Assembly (NCBI GenBank): GCA_037386965.1
Contig: JARRLN010000001.1
Span: 5,323-69,322, forward strand
Direction of reading: 5' to 3'
Source: Nitrospirota bacterium
GTDB taxonomy: Bacteria; Nitrospirota; Thermodesulfovibrionia; Thermodesulfovibrionales; JdFR-86
DNA length: 64,000 nt
The translations under genes were made by a program, and so were the position numbers. Positions 46,539-57,944 of this stretch are shown piece by piece. Every line of letters starts with the position of its first letter. Position 1 is the stretch's first letter. Under the pieces are notes generated by a model. That model worked only from the letters and a program-made list of their open reading frames with translations. It did no database searches and was not told the DNA's origin.

Positions 46539-47928
46539 CAACAAACAGAAGAGCGCAGCGGAGACGTCTGCCTGGCTCAGGGAATCGAAACAGAAACATC
46601 GCGCCCTGTTTTCGGAGATGGACGTCCTGATGCGCGCCCTGGACAGGTACTTCCTCGTGGAAAACCTTCCCTTCTCGCGGGAAAGCCTGGGAAGTCGGGA
46701 TTTCTCCCGGGAGCTGGCCTGTGCGCGGGATGTCATCCGGCACGTCCTGACCATCCTGGAGTCCATCATCCCCGAGAGCAACCGTAACGCCTTCTGGTTC
46801 CAGAAGTACGCCGAGACCCGCCTTGTGAACGGGCAGCACAGGGACCTGGTCCGCACGGGCATGTACGAGCAGGACGCCCCGGAGAAGAGCCTCTACGTTC
46901 TCTTCGACGGTTTCATCAACTTCAAGGGCATCATCACCGACATGCTGAAGGCGGGCGCCATCGAGTACGTCAGTTTCAGAAACGTGGGCCAGCTGATAGG
47001 CAAGGAGCTCAGGCACAACGTCTATTTCAACCCCTTCAGGAAGGACGTAGACCCGGAGCTGGACGCGGTCTCCAACCGCGAGATAGCCGATATCGTGCGC
47101 AACATAGGGGACCGCAACACCAAGAAGGCCGTCTCCACCGTGCTTTTGAACTTCTTCCGCTTCCTGAGATACATACGGCATATGGACCACAGCAGCCAGA
47201 GCATGCGGGCCATCCACTGCTCGCTGGCAATCTTCGCCCTTCTCAAGGCCGAGATGGAGCAGCTTCGCCTGTACATAGAAAGAAAGGTGCGGACGCTTCC
47301 CCGGGGCGAGCTGGCAACGCTTCTGGAGAGCCTCGGATACCAGATGTCCATGGAGGGCAAGAGGGTCTTTCACCAGGAGCTCCTGGACATCCTGGACAAG
47401 GAAAACACCGCCCAGATGCGGGCCCGGGTGGAAAACAGCCGGGGGATTCTCAAGAACCTGACCGAGCAGTCCATCATCCAGCTCGCAAAGCACTGGAATC
47501 CCGACCTCAGGGGCGAGGAGATTTTTGACGTTTTCATCACCAAGACCGCCCTCTCGGTGAAGCTCAGGGAGGACATCTACATCCTGAACCGCCTTCTCAA
47601 GGAGGCCCCCAGGCGCGCGGGCAAGGAAGGCGAGCTCGGAGCACTCCTGGGGAGCCTGATGAACTACCTGGATTACTTCGAAAGCTACACATCCAAGCTC
47701 CTGAGATATGACGATTACGAGGAGTTCACCGGCCTGGCCGGGAGCCTCAGGAGCGCCTGGCACAACGGCGAAAGCACGCAAAAGGTCCTGGAGAGTTGCC
47801 ACAAGTTCGGCGTTTACCTGGACACCACCCTGCGCTACATCAACAACAGGGGCGACCTCAAGGACCGCCCCCTGGACGAGGAGAAGGTGGAGGAGGTGGT
47901 CCAGATGTACCTCTCCATAAAACGATAA
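46522..47928 (+). CDS. Hypothetical protein, 468 aa, predicted all-helical; no family recognised
   Basis: This is a long ORF on the same strand as its neighbours. Its amino-acid composition looks protein-like (K/E/L/F/Y-rich, unlike the Arg/Pro/Gly-rich shadow ORFs). It overlaps the lpd stop by 17 bp and ends 9 bp before eno. I could not identify any catalytic or binding motif. Confidence 0.6.
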   Translation: MHPGNNNKQKSAAETSAWLRESKQKHRALFSEMDVLMRALDRYFLVENLPFSRESLGSRDFSRELACARDVIRHVLTILESIIPESNRNAFWFQKYAETRLVNGQHRDLVRTGMYEQDAPEKSLYVLFDGFINFKGIITDMLKAGAIEYVSFRNVGQLIGKELRHNVYFNPFRKDVDPELDAVSNREIADIVRNIGDRNTKKAVSTVLLNFFRFLRYIRHMDHSSQSMRAIHCSLAIFALLKAEMEQLRLYIERKVRTLPRGELATLLESLGYQMSMEGKRVFHQELLDILDKENTAQMRARVENSRGILKNLTEQSIIQLAKHWNPDLRGEEIFDVFITKTALSVKLREDIYILNRLLKEAPRRAGKEGELGALLGSLMNYLDYFESYTSKLLRYDDYEEFTGLAGSLRSAWHNGESTQKVLESCHKFGVYLDTTLRYINNRGDLKDRPLDEEKVEEVVQMYLSIKR

Positions 47929-49534
<1,606 letters not shown>

Positions 49535-49558
49535 CCCCGGGTGTTCCCCCGGGGAGCC

Positions 49559-50599
49559 CTATGGGCTGGGGGCCCCTTCCCTCATCCTGGAGCGGAGCTG
49601 CCCGCAGGCGGCCAGTATGTCCGTACCCTTGCTCTTTCTGACAAGCGCCCTGAGCCCCGCCCGGATGAGCGCCTGCTGGAAGGCCATGACCCTCGAGTCG
49701 GAGGGACGCCTGAGGCCGGTTCCGTCGTGCTCGTTCAGGGGAATGAGGTTTATCTTGGACGGAATTCCCCGGAGCAGCCCCGGGAGGCGCCGGGCGTCCT
49801 CAGGGGCATCGTTTTTCCCCTCGATGAGAACGTACTCGATGGTGATATGCTCCCGCTTGGGAAGGGGGTAGTTCCTGAGCTCCTCAAGAAGCACCGGGAG
49901 GGGATACCTGCGGTTTATCGGCATGAGGTCGTCCCTGACCGCATCCGTCGCGGCGTTGAGGGAGACGGCCAGCCTCACATGGGGGCCCGCCTCCGACAGG
50001 GCCCGCATGCCGGGCACATAGCCCGCCGTGGAGACGGTGATTCTCTTCCGGGAGAAACCGGCCAGCCCGGTCAGCCGCCTCACGGCCTCGGCGACCTCGC
50101 CCGGGTTGTGCAGGGGTTCGCCCATCCCCATGAAGACGAGGTTCGTCACCCGAAGAGGCTCCACGGCCTTCTCCGCGGCAAAGACCTGGTCGACCATCTC
50201 ATGGGCCTTCAGGTTGCGGAGAAGCCCTTCCCTGCCCGTCCGGCAGAAGAGGCAGCCCATGGCGCAGCCCACCTGGCTCGAAACGCAGAGGGTGAGCCTC
50301 TCGCCGTCGGGGATGAGGACGCTTTCGACGGAGAGGCCGTCCTCGAGCCCGAAGAGGAACTTCTCCGTACCGTCCTCCGACCGCTGCCGTGCCAGGAGCA
50401 CGAGGCCGCTCACATAGGCGACGTTCTCCAGGGAGGCCCGGAGGTCCCGGGAGAACTCCGTTATCTCCCGGAGGGAAGCCGCCCGCTTTTCATACAGCCA
50501 GTGAAGGAGCTGGCGCGAGCGGTAGCGGGGAAGGCCCCGTGTGGAGAGGAAATCCTCCACGCCCCGGGCACTGAGCTCTTTGAGGTTCGTGCGCTCCAT
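49559..50599 (-). CDS. rlmN: 23S rRNA (adenine2503-C2)/tRNA methyltransferase, radical SAM
   Basis: It has the VSSQVGCAMGCLFCRTG cluster motif and a C-terminal conserved Cys (DILAACGQL). Confidence 0.9.
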   Translation of the reverse strand: MERTNLKELSARGVEDFLSTRGLPRYRSRQLLHWLYEKRAASLREITEFSRDLRASLENVAYVSGLVLLARQRSEDGTEKFLFGLEDGLSVESVLIPDGERLTLCVSSQVGCAMGCLFCRTGREGLLRNLKAHEMVDQVFAAEKAVEPLRVTNLVFMGMGEPLHNPGEVAEAVRRLTGLAGFSRKRITVSTAGYVPGMRALSEAGPHVRLAVSLNAATDAVRDDLMPINRRYPLPVLLEELRNYPLPKREHITIEYVLIEGKNDAPEDARRLPGLLRGIPSKINLIPLNEHDGTGLRRPSDSRVMAFQQALIRAGLRALVRKSKGTDILAACGQLRSRMREGAPSP

Positions 50600-50667
50600 G
50601 ATTTATTATACCTTTCCAGTTGAGAAGGCGTGAGCGCTCCCCGGTGGGCGCCGCGCCGGAGGGATGG

Positions 50668-51168
50668 ATGAGAGCCCTTTGCTGGTTTGTTCTTTTCTGC
50701 CTCATGGTTACGGGTTTTCTGGTTTCGCCCCGGCCGGGCGCCGCGGACGAGGTCATCGACCGCGTGGTCGCCTTCGTAGGGGACCACGCCATCACCCTGG
50801 CCGAGCTTGATGCCGAATACAAGCGCAGGGTCGATGCCGGCCTGGACACCACCCGGGAGGCCGTCCTCGCGACCATGATCAACCGGTTCCTGCTCCTCAG
50901 GGAGGCCCGGCGCATGAGAATCGACGCCCCGGACGACGACACCCTCGTCAGGGAGTACATCGAGCTCAAGGTGCGGGCGTTCGTAAAGGTCAGGGAGAAC
51001 GAGGTCCAGGCCTACTACGCAGAGCACCGCGAGGAATTCGGCAACGTACCGTACGAGAAGGTAAAGGACACCATCAAGACCCTCTTGAAGGAGCGGGAGG
51101 TGAACCGGCTGCTCCGGGCTCACATCGAAAAGCTCAGGGAAGCCGCGTACATCAAGGTCCTCCTCTAG
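50668..51168 (+). CDS. SurA N-terminal-domain-like periplasmic chaperone (no PPIase domain)
   Basis: ATG 50668 gives a signal peptide (MRALCWFVLFCLMVTGFLVSPRPGAA). It is followed by IDRVVAFVGDHAITLAELD, a SurA_N-like sequence. The listed start at 50620 is a TTG that adds a charged extension. Confidence 0.65.
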   Translation: MRALCWFVLFCLMVTGFLVSPRPGAADEVIDRVVAFVGDHAITLAELDAEYKRRVDAGLDTTREAVLATMINRFLLLREARRMRIDAPDDDTLVREYIELKVRAFVKVRENEVQAYYAEHREEFGNVPYEKVKDTIKTLLKEREVNRLLRAHIEKLREAAYIKVLL

Positions 51169-51172
51169 GGCC

Positions 51173-53881
51173 TCAGAAGGCGTGGCCGATGCTGAAGTGT
51201 ACCTCGCCCGCGCTTTCCCCGGGCTCGCGGTCCAGCTTGTACCCGTAGTCCACGCGGATGGGCCCTACCGGCGTGTTATACTGGATGCCCGCCCCGGCCG
51301 TGTAGCGGAGGTCTCCCGGGTTGATGTCCCCCGGCTGCACCCAGACATTGCCCGAATCCACGAAACCCACGAGCCGCCAGTTCCTCGTCACGTGCGTGCG
51401 CAGTTCGAGATTGCCCAGAACGAAGGCGTTCCCCCCGGTGGGCGCCCCGTCAGGCCCTTTCGGACCCAGCTCGTCCTGCGGGAACCCTCGCACCGTGTTT
51501 CTGCCGCCGAGGAAGAACCGCTCCACCAGGGGGAGCTCCGAGGACTCGTCAAAGGACGTGGCCAGACCCCAGCGAAGAGAGGCGGCCAGGACGAGCCACC
51601 GGGCAAGCGCCTGGTATCCGCTCGCCTGGAACCTGCCCTTGACGAAGTTCGTCTCCGACAGCAGGGCCTGGGTTGCGACCTTCAGGCTGCCGCCCAGGAA
51701 GAAACCCCTCCGGGGGTCGAAGGGGTTGTCCCGGGTGTCATAGGAAAGGCTCGGCGTGAGGGAGCTGATCCCCAGGGTGCCGGTGTCTTCCCGGGTCAGT
51801 ATGACGCCGGGCTGAACGTGGAAGGTTTTCACCAGGCTGTACTCATAGGAGATGCTTCCTTTCAGTTGGGGAGTAAACTGTTTTTCCAGGCTCGTGCTCG
51901 CCGTCAGCCGGCGAAGCTTGTAGCGGGTCTCGCGCGTGTCGATGTTCTCTTCGGTGCGCTGTTCATACAACAGCAGCGTCCTGCTTTCCAGGGCCCTTCC
52001 CAGAAAGTACGGGTCCTGGAAGTTCAGGATGTAGCGCTCCGACAGGGTGCTGGCCTCCACGCGGGCCGAGACCCGGCGGTTCATCCCGAAGAGGTTGATA
52101 TAGCCCACCTCCAGGAAGCCGCGGTATCTTTCGTACTCGCCGTAGCCGACGCCGAACTCCACGGTGCCCGCCTTGGCTTCCTCGACTTCTATGAGGACGT
52201 CGGCCTTCCGGCTGCCTTTCCGCTGGATGGGCCGCGCTTCGACGTTGGAGAAAAGCCCCGTCTTGTATAGCCTCTGGCGCGTTTCGGCGAGAAGGGCCTG
52301 GCTGAAGGGCTGCCCTTCCTCATAGGCTGCCTCCCGCATGACGACCTCGGGCTTCGTCCGCCTGTTTCCGGCTACCACCGTCTTGCCGAAGAACATGCGG
52401 GGCCCCTCGTGCACGCGGTAGAGAAGGGCAGCCCCCTTCTCGGTGAGAGTCCTTTCCACGGTGACGGCGCAGTTTGCAAACCCGCGGTTTCTGTACAGCC
52501 TGAGAATCTCTCTCCGACTGTCGGATATGTCCACGTCGTTGTACGGGCTGCCGGACTTTATTGTGAGGGCATCGAGGATGTCCTTTTCCGGGATTGACCG
52601 GACGCCCCTCAGATTCACCTCCGTTATGTGAACCTGCCGGCCTTCCTCGATTTCTATCTTTATGGTCGCCCAGGAGTCCAGGATTTTCACGTCGGGTTCG
52701 GCTATGGAGACGTCCGTGTAGCCCAGGGCCCTGTAGAGCTCTCTTATTCTCTCTACGTCCTCCTTCAGGAGGGCGGGGTTGAACGCGTGCCTCTCCTTCA
52801 GGGACATCATGTCCCGTATCTTCTTCTCCTCTATGTTCGAGCCCGCGATATGGATGGAGTCCACAAGGACCTTGCGGCCTTCGTAGACATAGAAGTTCAG
52901 CCGCACCACATCGTCGGAGATCGCCTTGACGGGCGCCACCTGCGCGGAGGGATAGCCTTCCTCGTGATAGACCTCCAGAATCCGGGACAGCGCCTCCTCC
53001 ACCACTTCGTCCGCGGCGGAGCCGGCCTCTTCGAAGGGTAAAACGCCCTTCAGGCTCTTCCCGGAAACGGATTCGTTCCCGACGATGTTGACCTCAAGCT
53101 GTCTCCCGGGCCGCACCCGCACTTTCAAAACGCCGTCTTCGTAGGAATACGGCCCCGCCGCGGGGTCGATGTAGCCCTTCTTCCGATAATGCCGTTTGAT
53201 GCGCTCCAGGTCCTCTTCGAGCTTGAACTGGTCGTAGACTCCACCCACGTTCGTCTTCATGAGATAGCGGACGTCCTGGGCCATGACGCCGTCAAAATCG
53301 ATTCTCTTTACGCGGAGAGGCGTTCCCTCATCCAGGTTTACCCGGACTCGTATCCTGTGCGGGTTGTGCGTCTGGGAGAACTGAAAGGTGAACGTGGCCG
53401 AGGGATATCCCCTTTTTTCGAGGGCTCGGGCAAGGGCCTCCTGCTTTCTTGTGAGCAGGTCGTACCGGAGCAGGTCGTGCTCCTGCATGCCCAGGTGCTC
53501 TCTGACGAAGGAATCGGACACGTTTTCGTTGCCCCTGACCTCCATTTTATCTACGAAATCCCGCTCCTTCACGCGGACAACGATAAGCCCCCCTGCCCCG
53601 CTTTCCACCGAAATGCTCTCGAAAATGCCCTTCCTGAAGGCCCTTTTTATCCCGCGGGTCGCCTCCCCTGTACTGAGGTCCATGCCCGGCGAGATGCCCA
53701 GCAGGTAGAGAAGCTCCTCCTCGGATATGCAATAGAGTCCCTCCACCCTGACTTTGCCGACGGGGTAGGAGGCCAGGGCGCTCAAGGGCCGAAAGACAAA
53801 GAAGGCCATGAGAAGAAGGGCGGCGAGAACGAACGGAGGAACGGTCGGGCCGGAGCCGGGCGTTTTCCTCGCGGGCCCCAC
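51173..53881 (-). CDS. bamA: Outer membrane protein assembly factor BamA (Omp85 family, POTRA repeats + beta-barrel)
   Basis: It has a signal sequence, repeated POTRA-like units (VRVEGL..., IDFDGV..., IHIAGSN..., VNLRGV...) and a C-terminal barrel ending ...GEVHFSIGHAF with a terminal aromatic residue. Confidence 0.9.
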   Translation of the reverse strand: MGPARKTPGSGPTVPPFVLAALLLMAFFVFRPLSALASYPVGKVRVEGLYCISEEELLYLLGISPGMDLSTGEATRGIKRAFRKGIFESISVESGAGGLIVVRVKERDFVDKMEVRGNENVSDSFVREHLGMQEHDLLRYDLLTRKQEALARALEKRGYPSATFTFQFSQTHNPHRIRVRVNLDEGTPLRVKRIDFDGVMAQDVRYLMKTNVGGVYDQFKLEEDLERIKRHYRKKGYIDPAAGPYSYEDGVLKVRVRPGRQLEVNIVGNESVSGKSLKGVLPFEEAGSAADEVVEEALSRILEVYHEEGYPSAQVAPVKAISDDVVRLNFYVYEGRKVLVDSIHIAGSNIEEKKIRDMMSLKERHAFNPALLKEDVERIRELYRALGYTDVSIAEPDVKILDSWATIKIEIEEGRQVHITEVNLRGVRSIPEKDILDALTIKSGSPYNDVDISDSRREILRLYRNRGFANCAVTVERTLTEKGAALLYRVHEGPRMFFGKTVVAGNRRTKPEVVMREAAYEEGQPFSQALLAETRQRLYKTGLFSNVEARPIQRKGSRKADVLIEVEEAKAGTVEFGVGYGEYERYRGFLEVGYINLFGMNRRVSARVEASTLSERYILNFQDPYFLGRALESRTLLLYEQRTEENIDTRETRYKLRRLTASTSLEKQFTPQLKGSISYEYSLVKTFHVQPGVILTREDTGTLGISSLTPSLSYDTRDNPFDPRRGFFLGGSLKVATQALLSETNFVKGRFQASGYQALARWLVLAASLRWGLATSFDESSELPLVERFFLGGRNTVRGFPQDELGPKGPDGAPTGGNAFVLGNLELRTHVTRNWRLVGFVDSGNVWVQPGDINPGDLRYTAGAGIQYNTPVGPIRVDYGYKLDREPGESAGEVHFSIGHAF

Positions 53882-53883
53882 GT

Positions 53884-56800
53884 CTACTCGAACCGGAACC
53901 TGAACGTGATGTCCGCACCAACGCTGCCCCTGTCGTCGCGTCCGCCCAGAAGGGAGACGTTCTCGCCCAGGAGCAGCTCGAGCCTGATTTCCTGCTCCTC
54001 CGTGCTGCTGACGGGCGAGGAGTAGGTGACGTAGAGTTTGTCGCTGAGGAGCGTTTTGGAGACGGTTATCCGGGGCGTGAGGGTCCCGGTGCTCCTGGAT
54101 ACGTGGGGGTCTATCTGGACCCTGTCCAGACCCGTGATGTTGGTGAGCCGCTCCTCGATGACGTCCTGCACCTCTCCCGTCAGGAAGGAGGTGGCCTCCG
54201 ACGCCCCGATACCGCTTTCCAGGCCCGTGAGGTTTTCGCCGTAGTCCCCCAGCGTCAGGAGGGCCAGAAGCTCTTCCTCTTCCAGGTGGGGGTCGGAGCT
54301 GAGGTTGAGGTCGAATACCCCGCCCATCCGGCCCTCCAGGTTAAGCCAGATGCGGTAGCCCTTGAGGTTGGTCTCGGCGGCCACCGTAACCAGGGGCCCG
54401 AGGGAGTCGGCGTCCATGAAGTCCACGGTGGCGTGCAGGATACGGAACTCGCTGTTTCTGAAGTAGACTTTTCCCTCGGAGGCCTCCACCCTCCCGAAGA
54501 GTTTCGGCGCTCCCACGGTGCCTTGCACGTTCAGGTCCACCTCGACGGGCGCCCGTGCTATGTTGTTGTCCAGGCGGACATGCTCCGCACCCTGGACATG
54601 CACGTTCAGGCCGACGGTGTCCGGCCAGCCCCGGGAGGCGGCCACCTTGGGGGCGCCGTTGCGGGAGGAGACGAGCCACGTCTTCCAGTCCACCCTTTTG
54701 CGGTAGACGGCCCGGTTTATCCGGATATCTCCCGTGAGGTCCTGCCCCCTGGGGGTGCCAACGTAGACGATGTTTCCCCCGATGTTGACCGGGAAGTTTC
54801 GCGCAGCCTGGACGTTGACGTCCTCCAGACGCGTCTCTATCTGGAAACGCTTCAGCCCAAACTTCTCAAGCTCGACCACTCCCGTGGCCGAGGCGCGTCC
54901 GCCCCCCACCTTCGCCCTGGCGTCCTCGATAATCACCTTGTTGTCGTCCACATAGAGATAGCCCTCCATGTCGCTGAAACGATGAGGAAAGTCCGCCACC
55001 GCCAGGTGCCCACCCTCCAGGGTGAGCCCCCCGTCCAGGGACGGCCTTTCCCACGGGCCTTGAAGCGTGAAAACGAAATCCGCCGTGCCCCGGAGGGTCT
55101 CGATGGTGTCGGAGAATGCCGTCAGGGGCGCCAGTGACGTACTGCCCTCCAGAGTCACATCCAGGGAGGAGCCCATGTCCAGCCCTCCCGACACCCTCAG
55201 AGAGGTGTTGCCGCTTCTGAGCACCATCTTCTGGAACCGGATTTCCCTGTTATGAAGGGCGAGGACGATGTCCGAATCGTTGGCAAAGCCCTGGCCGTAC
55301 ATGGTGAAGGTGAGGGTCCCGAAGCGGGCGGAGCCGCCGAAGCTCTTCCTGTCGCCCGAGAGGCTGGCATGCCCAAGCACGTTGAAGGTAAGGTCCTGGG
55401 GGGGCTGCTTGAGGAGGGGGGTGAGGAGAAAGGCATACCGTCCGTACTCGAGATCCACCTCCGCGCTCCAGGGCAGCTCTTCCGTAAGCCCGGCTTTCCC
55501 CTGCACCGTCGCCTTGCCGTCCAGGGCGACCCCTTTGAAGAGCAGGGAATCTCCCGTGAGGACGCCGTGGACGGTGGCATTGCCCAGGTCTTGCCCGCGG
55601 AAGCTCCCCCGGGCCAGGTCGGCCTCCAGGGTGATGGAGGGGTTCTCGAAAGTGCCCTCTCCCCGGGCCCTCACCGAGAGGGTGTAATCGACGGGGGTTT
55701 TCTCGACGAGGTCTCGGAGAGCGAGATTGCCGCCCGATGCCTCGAAGGCAAAGGAGCCCTCGGGGGAGAGATGTCCCTGGAAGTCCAGGGAGGCCCCGTC
55801 GGACCGGATATGCCCGTCCTTTGCGCTCACCACTCCGCGGCCAAGGGAGAAAAGAAAAGAGGCCTCCGTCACGGGATGCCCGTACAGGGCCCCCCCGCGT
55901 ATCCGCACGGGCCCGGCCAGGGTGGGCTCGACCCCCTTGCCCTTCACGGTGAAATCGGCCTTCACCTTGCCCTTGGCGTCGATGTCCTTGCCGAAAAGAA
56001 CGAGAATATCCCCGAGCGGTGCGCCGGAGAGGGAGACCGCAAGGTCATAGGACGGGTTGCTGAAGTCAAAGAGGCTTGTGGACCCCTTGAAGGTAACCGT
56101 GCCTCTGACGGCGTGCGTAACGCCGCCGGCGAGGACGGCCTGGGCGCGGTCCACCTCAAGAAACGTCTCTCCCAGGCGCACACGTGCCCGGACGCTGCCC
56201 AGAGGATAGCCGCCGTAAGCGGTCCCGTGGGCCTCCACGTCTCCCTCGAGGACGGGCTCCTCGAAGCTCCCTTTCAGAGAGCCCGCGAAGGCGCCCTCTC
56301 CGCTTATCTCCTGAAAATGGGGCGCCAGGGCCGCCCGGAGGTCCCGGGCCAGGAAACGGCAGTCCAGGGAAAGCTCTCTTTTCCCGCGGTCCACGGTGCC
56401 TGAAAAGGCTGCCTCCGAGGCCGCCGATTCCATGGTGAACCCCTGGAGGGTGACAACGTCTTCTTTCTCATCGAACTTTCCGGCGATTTTCCTTATTCTT
56501 CCCACCGGGTCGCCCGGCCGCTCGCGCGAGGCCGTGAAGACGACCTCTCCGTGCGGGTCGAAATGCATCCCCGCGGTATGAAGCTCCCCTTTAACGCGCC
56601 CCGGGGGCAGATTGAGAAAGCCGAGCCCCACAAGCTCCAGGGCGGCGTGGGCGTCTATGCCCTCGAACGAGGCGTCCAGCGTGTAAGGCCTTACCCGGGG
56701 GATTCCGATGGACGCCTCCGCCCTGCCCGTGCCGCCATAGAGCCTGCCCTGGGCGGCGGTAAAGCGCATCTGCCCGTTCTCATACGCGATGTCGGAGGCG

Positions 56801-57831
56801 GTCTCGTCGATTTTCAGGCCGAAGAGCCTGCCTTTGCTCAGGGTGATTCTGCCCCGGCCCACGGGACCCGAGAGCGGTCCCGAGACGGTGCCCTTCAGGT
56901 CAACCTGTCCTGTGAGGGTGTACCCGTGCACGCCCAGGGCCTCCATGAGGGTCGCAAGGCGGAAGCCCCCGGCAATTTTCATGTCCAAGGCGGGGTCTCT
57001 GACGTCGCCCTCGAGCTTTCCCTGCACCCGGACGGTGCCCTCCCCGGGGTTCTCTAAAGAAAGGGCCTCCTTTACGGCGGAGAAAGGAAGTGCCAGGTCC
57101 AGGGCAAGGGCCACCCTGCCCTGGTACGACACCGTGCCCTTCCCTTTCAGTGTCGCCTCCAGGGACTTGACCTCCAGCCTGTCGAGCCGCAGGCCCTTCG
57201 GTCCCACAACGGCTTCACCCTCCACGGACGCCTCCACCGCCCTTGTATGCCATACCGAAAGAGGGCCGACCGCCCCGACGGAGAAGGAGACCTCCGGCTC
57301 ATTGCGGAGAAGCACGGTCGCGTCGAGCCCCGATAGAGTAAGGGGAGAGCCCGTGGGCGAGTCACGGAGCGTGAGGCGGCCTCCCTTGAGGGTGACGACC
57401 TTCACCTCCAGGCTGACCGGGGAGTGCGCGCCGTGCCTGCCCCTGAGAAGGCCCGCCAGGGCCTCGAAATCCTTCCTGTCACCCGAGGCCGCGGGCTCCA
57501 GAACGCTTAGGCGCTGGATGGTCACGTGCCCGGAAAACAGGGAAGACAGGTTCACGTAGGCCTTTATTCCCTTGCTCCGCAGAACCTCTCTTTTGTCCGG
57601 CCCGGCCACCGTGACCCCCCGGGCCTCCACAACAAGGGGCAGGGGTTTTATGAAGATGCGCTCGACATCCACCTGGTAGCCCGTGGCCCGGGTTATGTCG
57701 GCCAGGACGGTCCGTCTCAGGTAATCGGAGACGAAAGGTCCGCGAAGGACACGGACGAAAACGGCAAGGGCCACGGCCAGGAAAAGGACGAACAGGACTT
57801 TTTTATTCAGTAATTTCCGAGCCTTTCCCAT
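53884..57831 (-). CDS. tamB: Translocation and assembly module protein TamB-like (AsmA-like, DUF490 C-terminus)
   Basis: It is 1315 aa with an N-terminal signal-anchor (KVLFVLFLAVALAVFV). A long beta-rich repetitive body follows, and the C-terminus has a conserved DUF490-like region (...LSSDPHLEEEELLALLTLG...LYVTYSSPV...). It ends 2 bp upstream of bamA. Confidence 0.8.
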   Translation of the reverse strand: MGKARKLLNKKVLFVLFLAVALAVFVRVLRGPFVSDYLRRTVLADITRATGYQVDVERIFIKPLPLVVEARGVTVAGPDKREVLRSKGIKAYVNLSSLFSGHVTIQRLSVLEPAASGDRKDFEALAGLLRGRHGAHSPVSLEVKVVTLKGGRLTLRDSPTGSPLTLSGLDATVLLRNEPEVSFSVGAVGPLSVWHTRAVEASVEGEAVVGPKGLRLDRLEVKSLEATLKGKGTVSYQGRVALALDLALPFSAVKEALSLENPGEGTVRVQGKLEGDVRDPALDMKIAGGFRLATLMEALGVHGYTLTGQVDLKGTVSGPLSGPVGRGRITLSKGRLFGLKIDETASDIAYENGQMRFTAAQGRLYGGTGRAEASIGIPRVRPYTLDASFEGIDAHAALELVGLGFLNLPPGRVKGELHTAGMHFDPHGEVVFTASRERPGDPVGRIRKIAGKFDEKEDVVTLQGFTMESAASEAAFSGTVDRGKRELSLDCRFLARDLRAALAPHFQEISGEGAFAGSLKGSFEEPVLEGDVEAHGTAYGGYPLGSVRARVRLGETFLEVDRAQAVLAGGVTHAVRGTVTFKGSTSLFDFSNPSYDLAVSLSGAPLGDILVLFGKDIDAKGKVKADFTVKGKGVEPTLAGPVRIRGGALYGHPVTEASFLFSLGRGVVSAKDGHIRSDGASLDFQGHLSPEGSFAFEASGGNLALRDLVEKTPVDYTLSVRARGEGTFENPSITLEADLARGSFRGQDLGNATVHGVLTGDSLLFKGVALDGKATVQGKAGLTEELPWSAEVDLEYGRYAFLLTPLLKQPPQDLTFNVLGHASLSGDRKSFGGSARFGTLTFTMYGQGFANDSDIVLALHNREIRFQKMVLRSGNTSLRVSGGLDMGSSLDVTLEGSTSLAPLTAFSDTIETLRGTADFVFTLQGPWERPSLDGGLTLEGGHLAVADFPHRFSDMEGYLYVDDNKVIIEDARAKVGGGRASATGVVELEKFGLKRFQIETRLEDVNVQAARNFPVNIGGNIVYVGTPRGQDLTGDIRINRAVYRKRVDWKTWLVSSRNGAPKVAASRGWPDTVGLNVHVQGAEHVRLDNNIARAPVEVDLNVQGTVGAPKLFGRVEASEGKVYFRNSEFRILHATVDFMDADSLGPLVTVAAETNLKGYRIWLNLEGRMGGVFDLNLSSDPHLEEEELLALLTLGDYGENLTGLESGIGASEATSFLTGEVQDVIEERLTNITGLDRVQIDPHVSRSTGTLTPRITVSKTLLSDKLYVTYSSPVSSTEEQEIRLELLLGENVSLLGGRDDRGSVGADITFRFRFE

Positions 57832-57944
57832 GAATACTTTATGTAGTTTCCTATCGCTAGAGTGCTTTTAGTATACCCAAAAGAAAGGGCCTTCATCCAT
57901 GCGGAAACGCACAATGCCGCGCTAAAAGGAGAGGCTCGGGCGGG

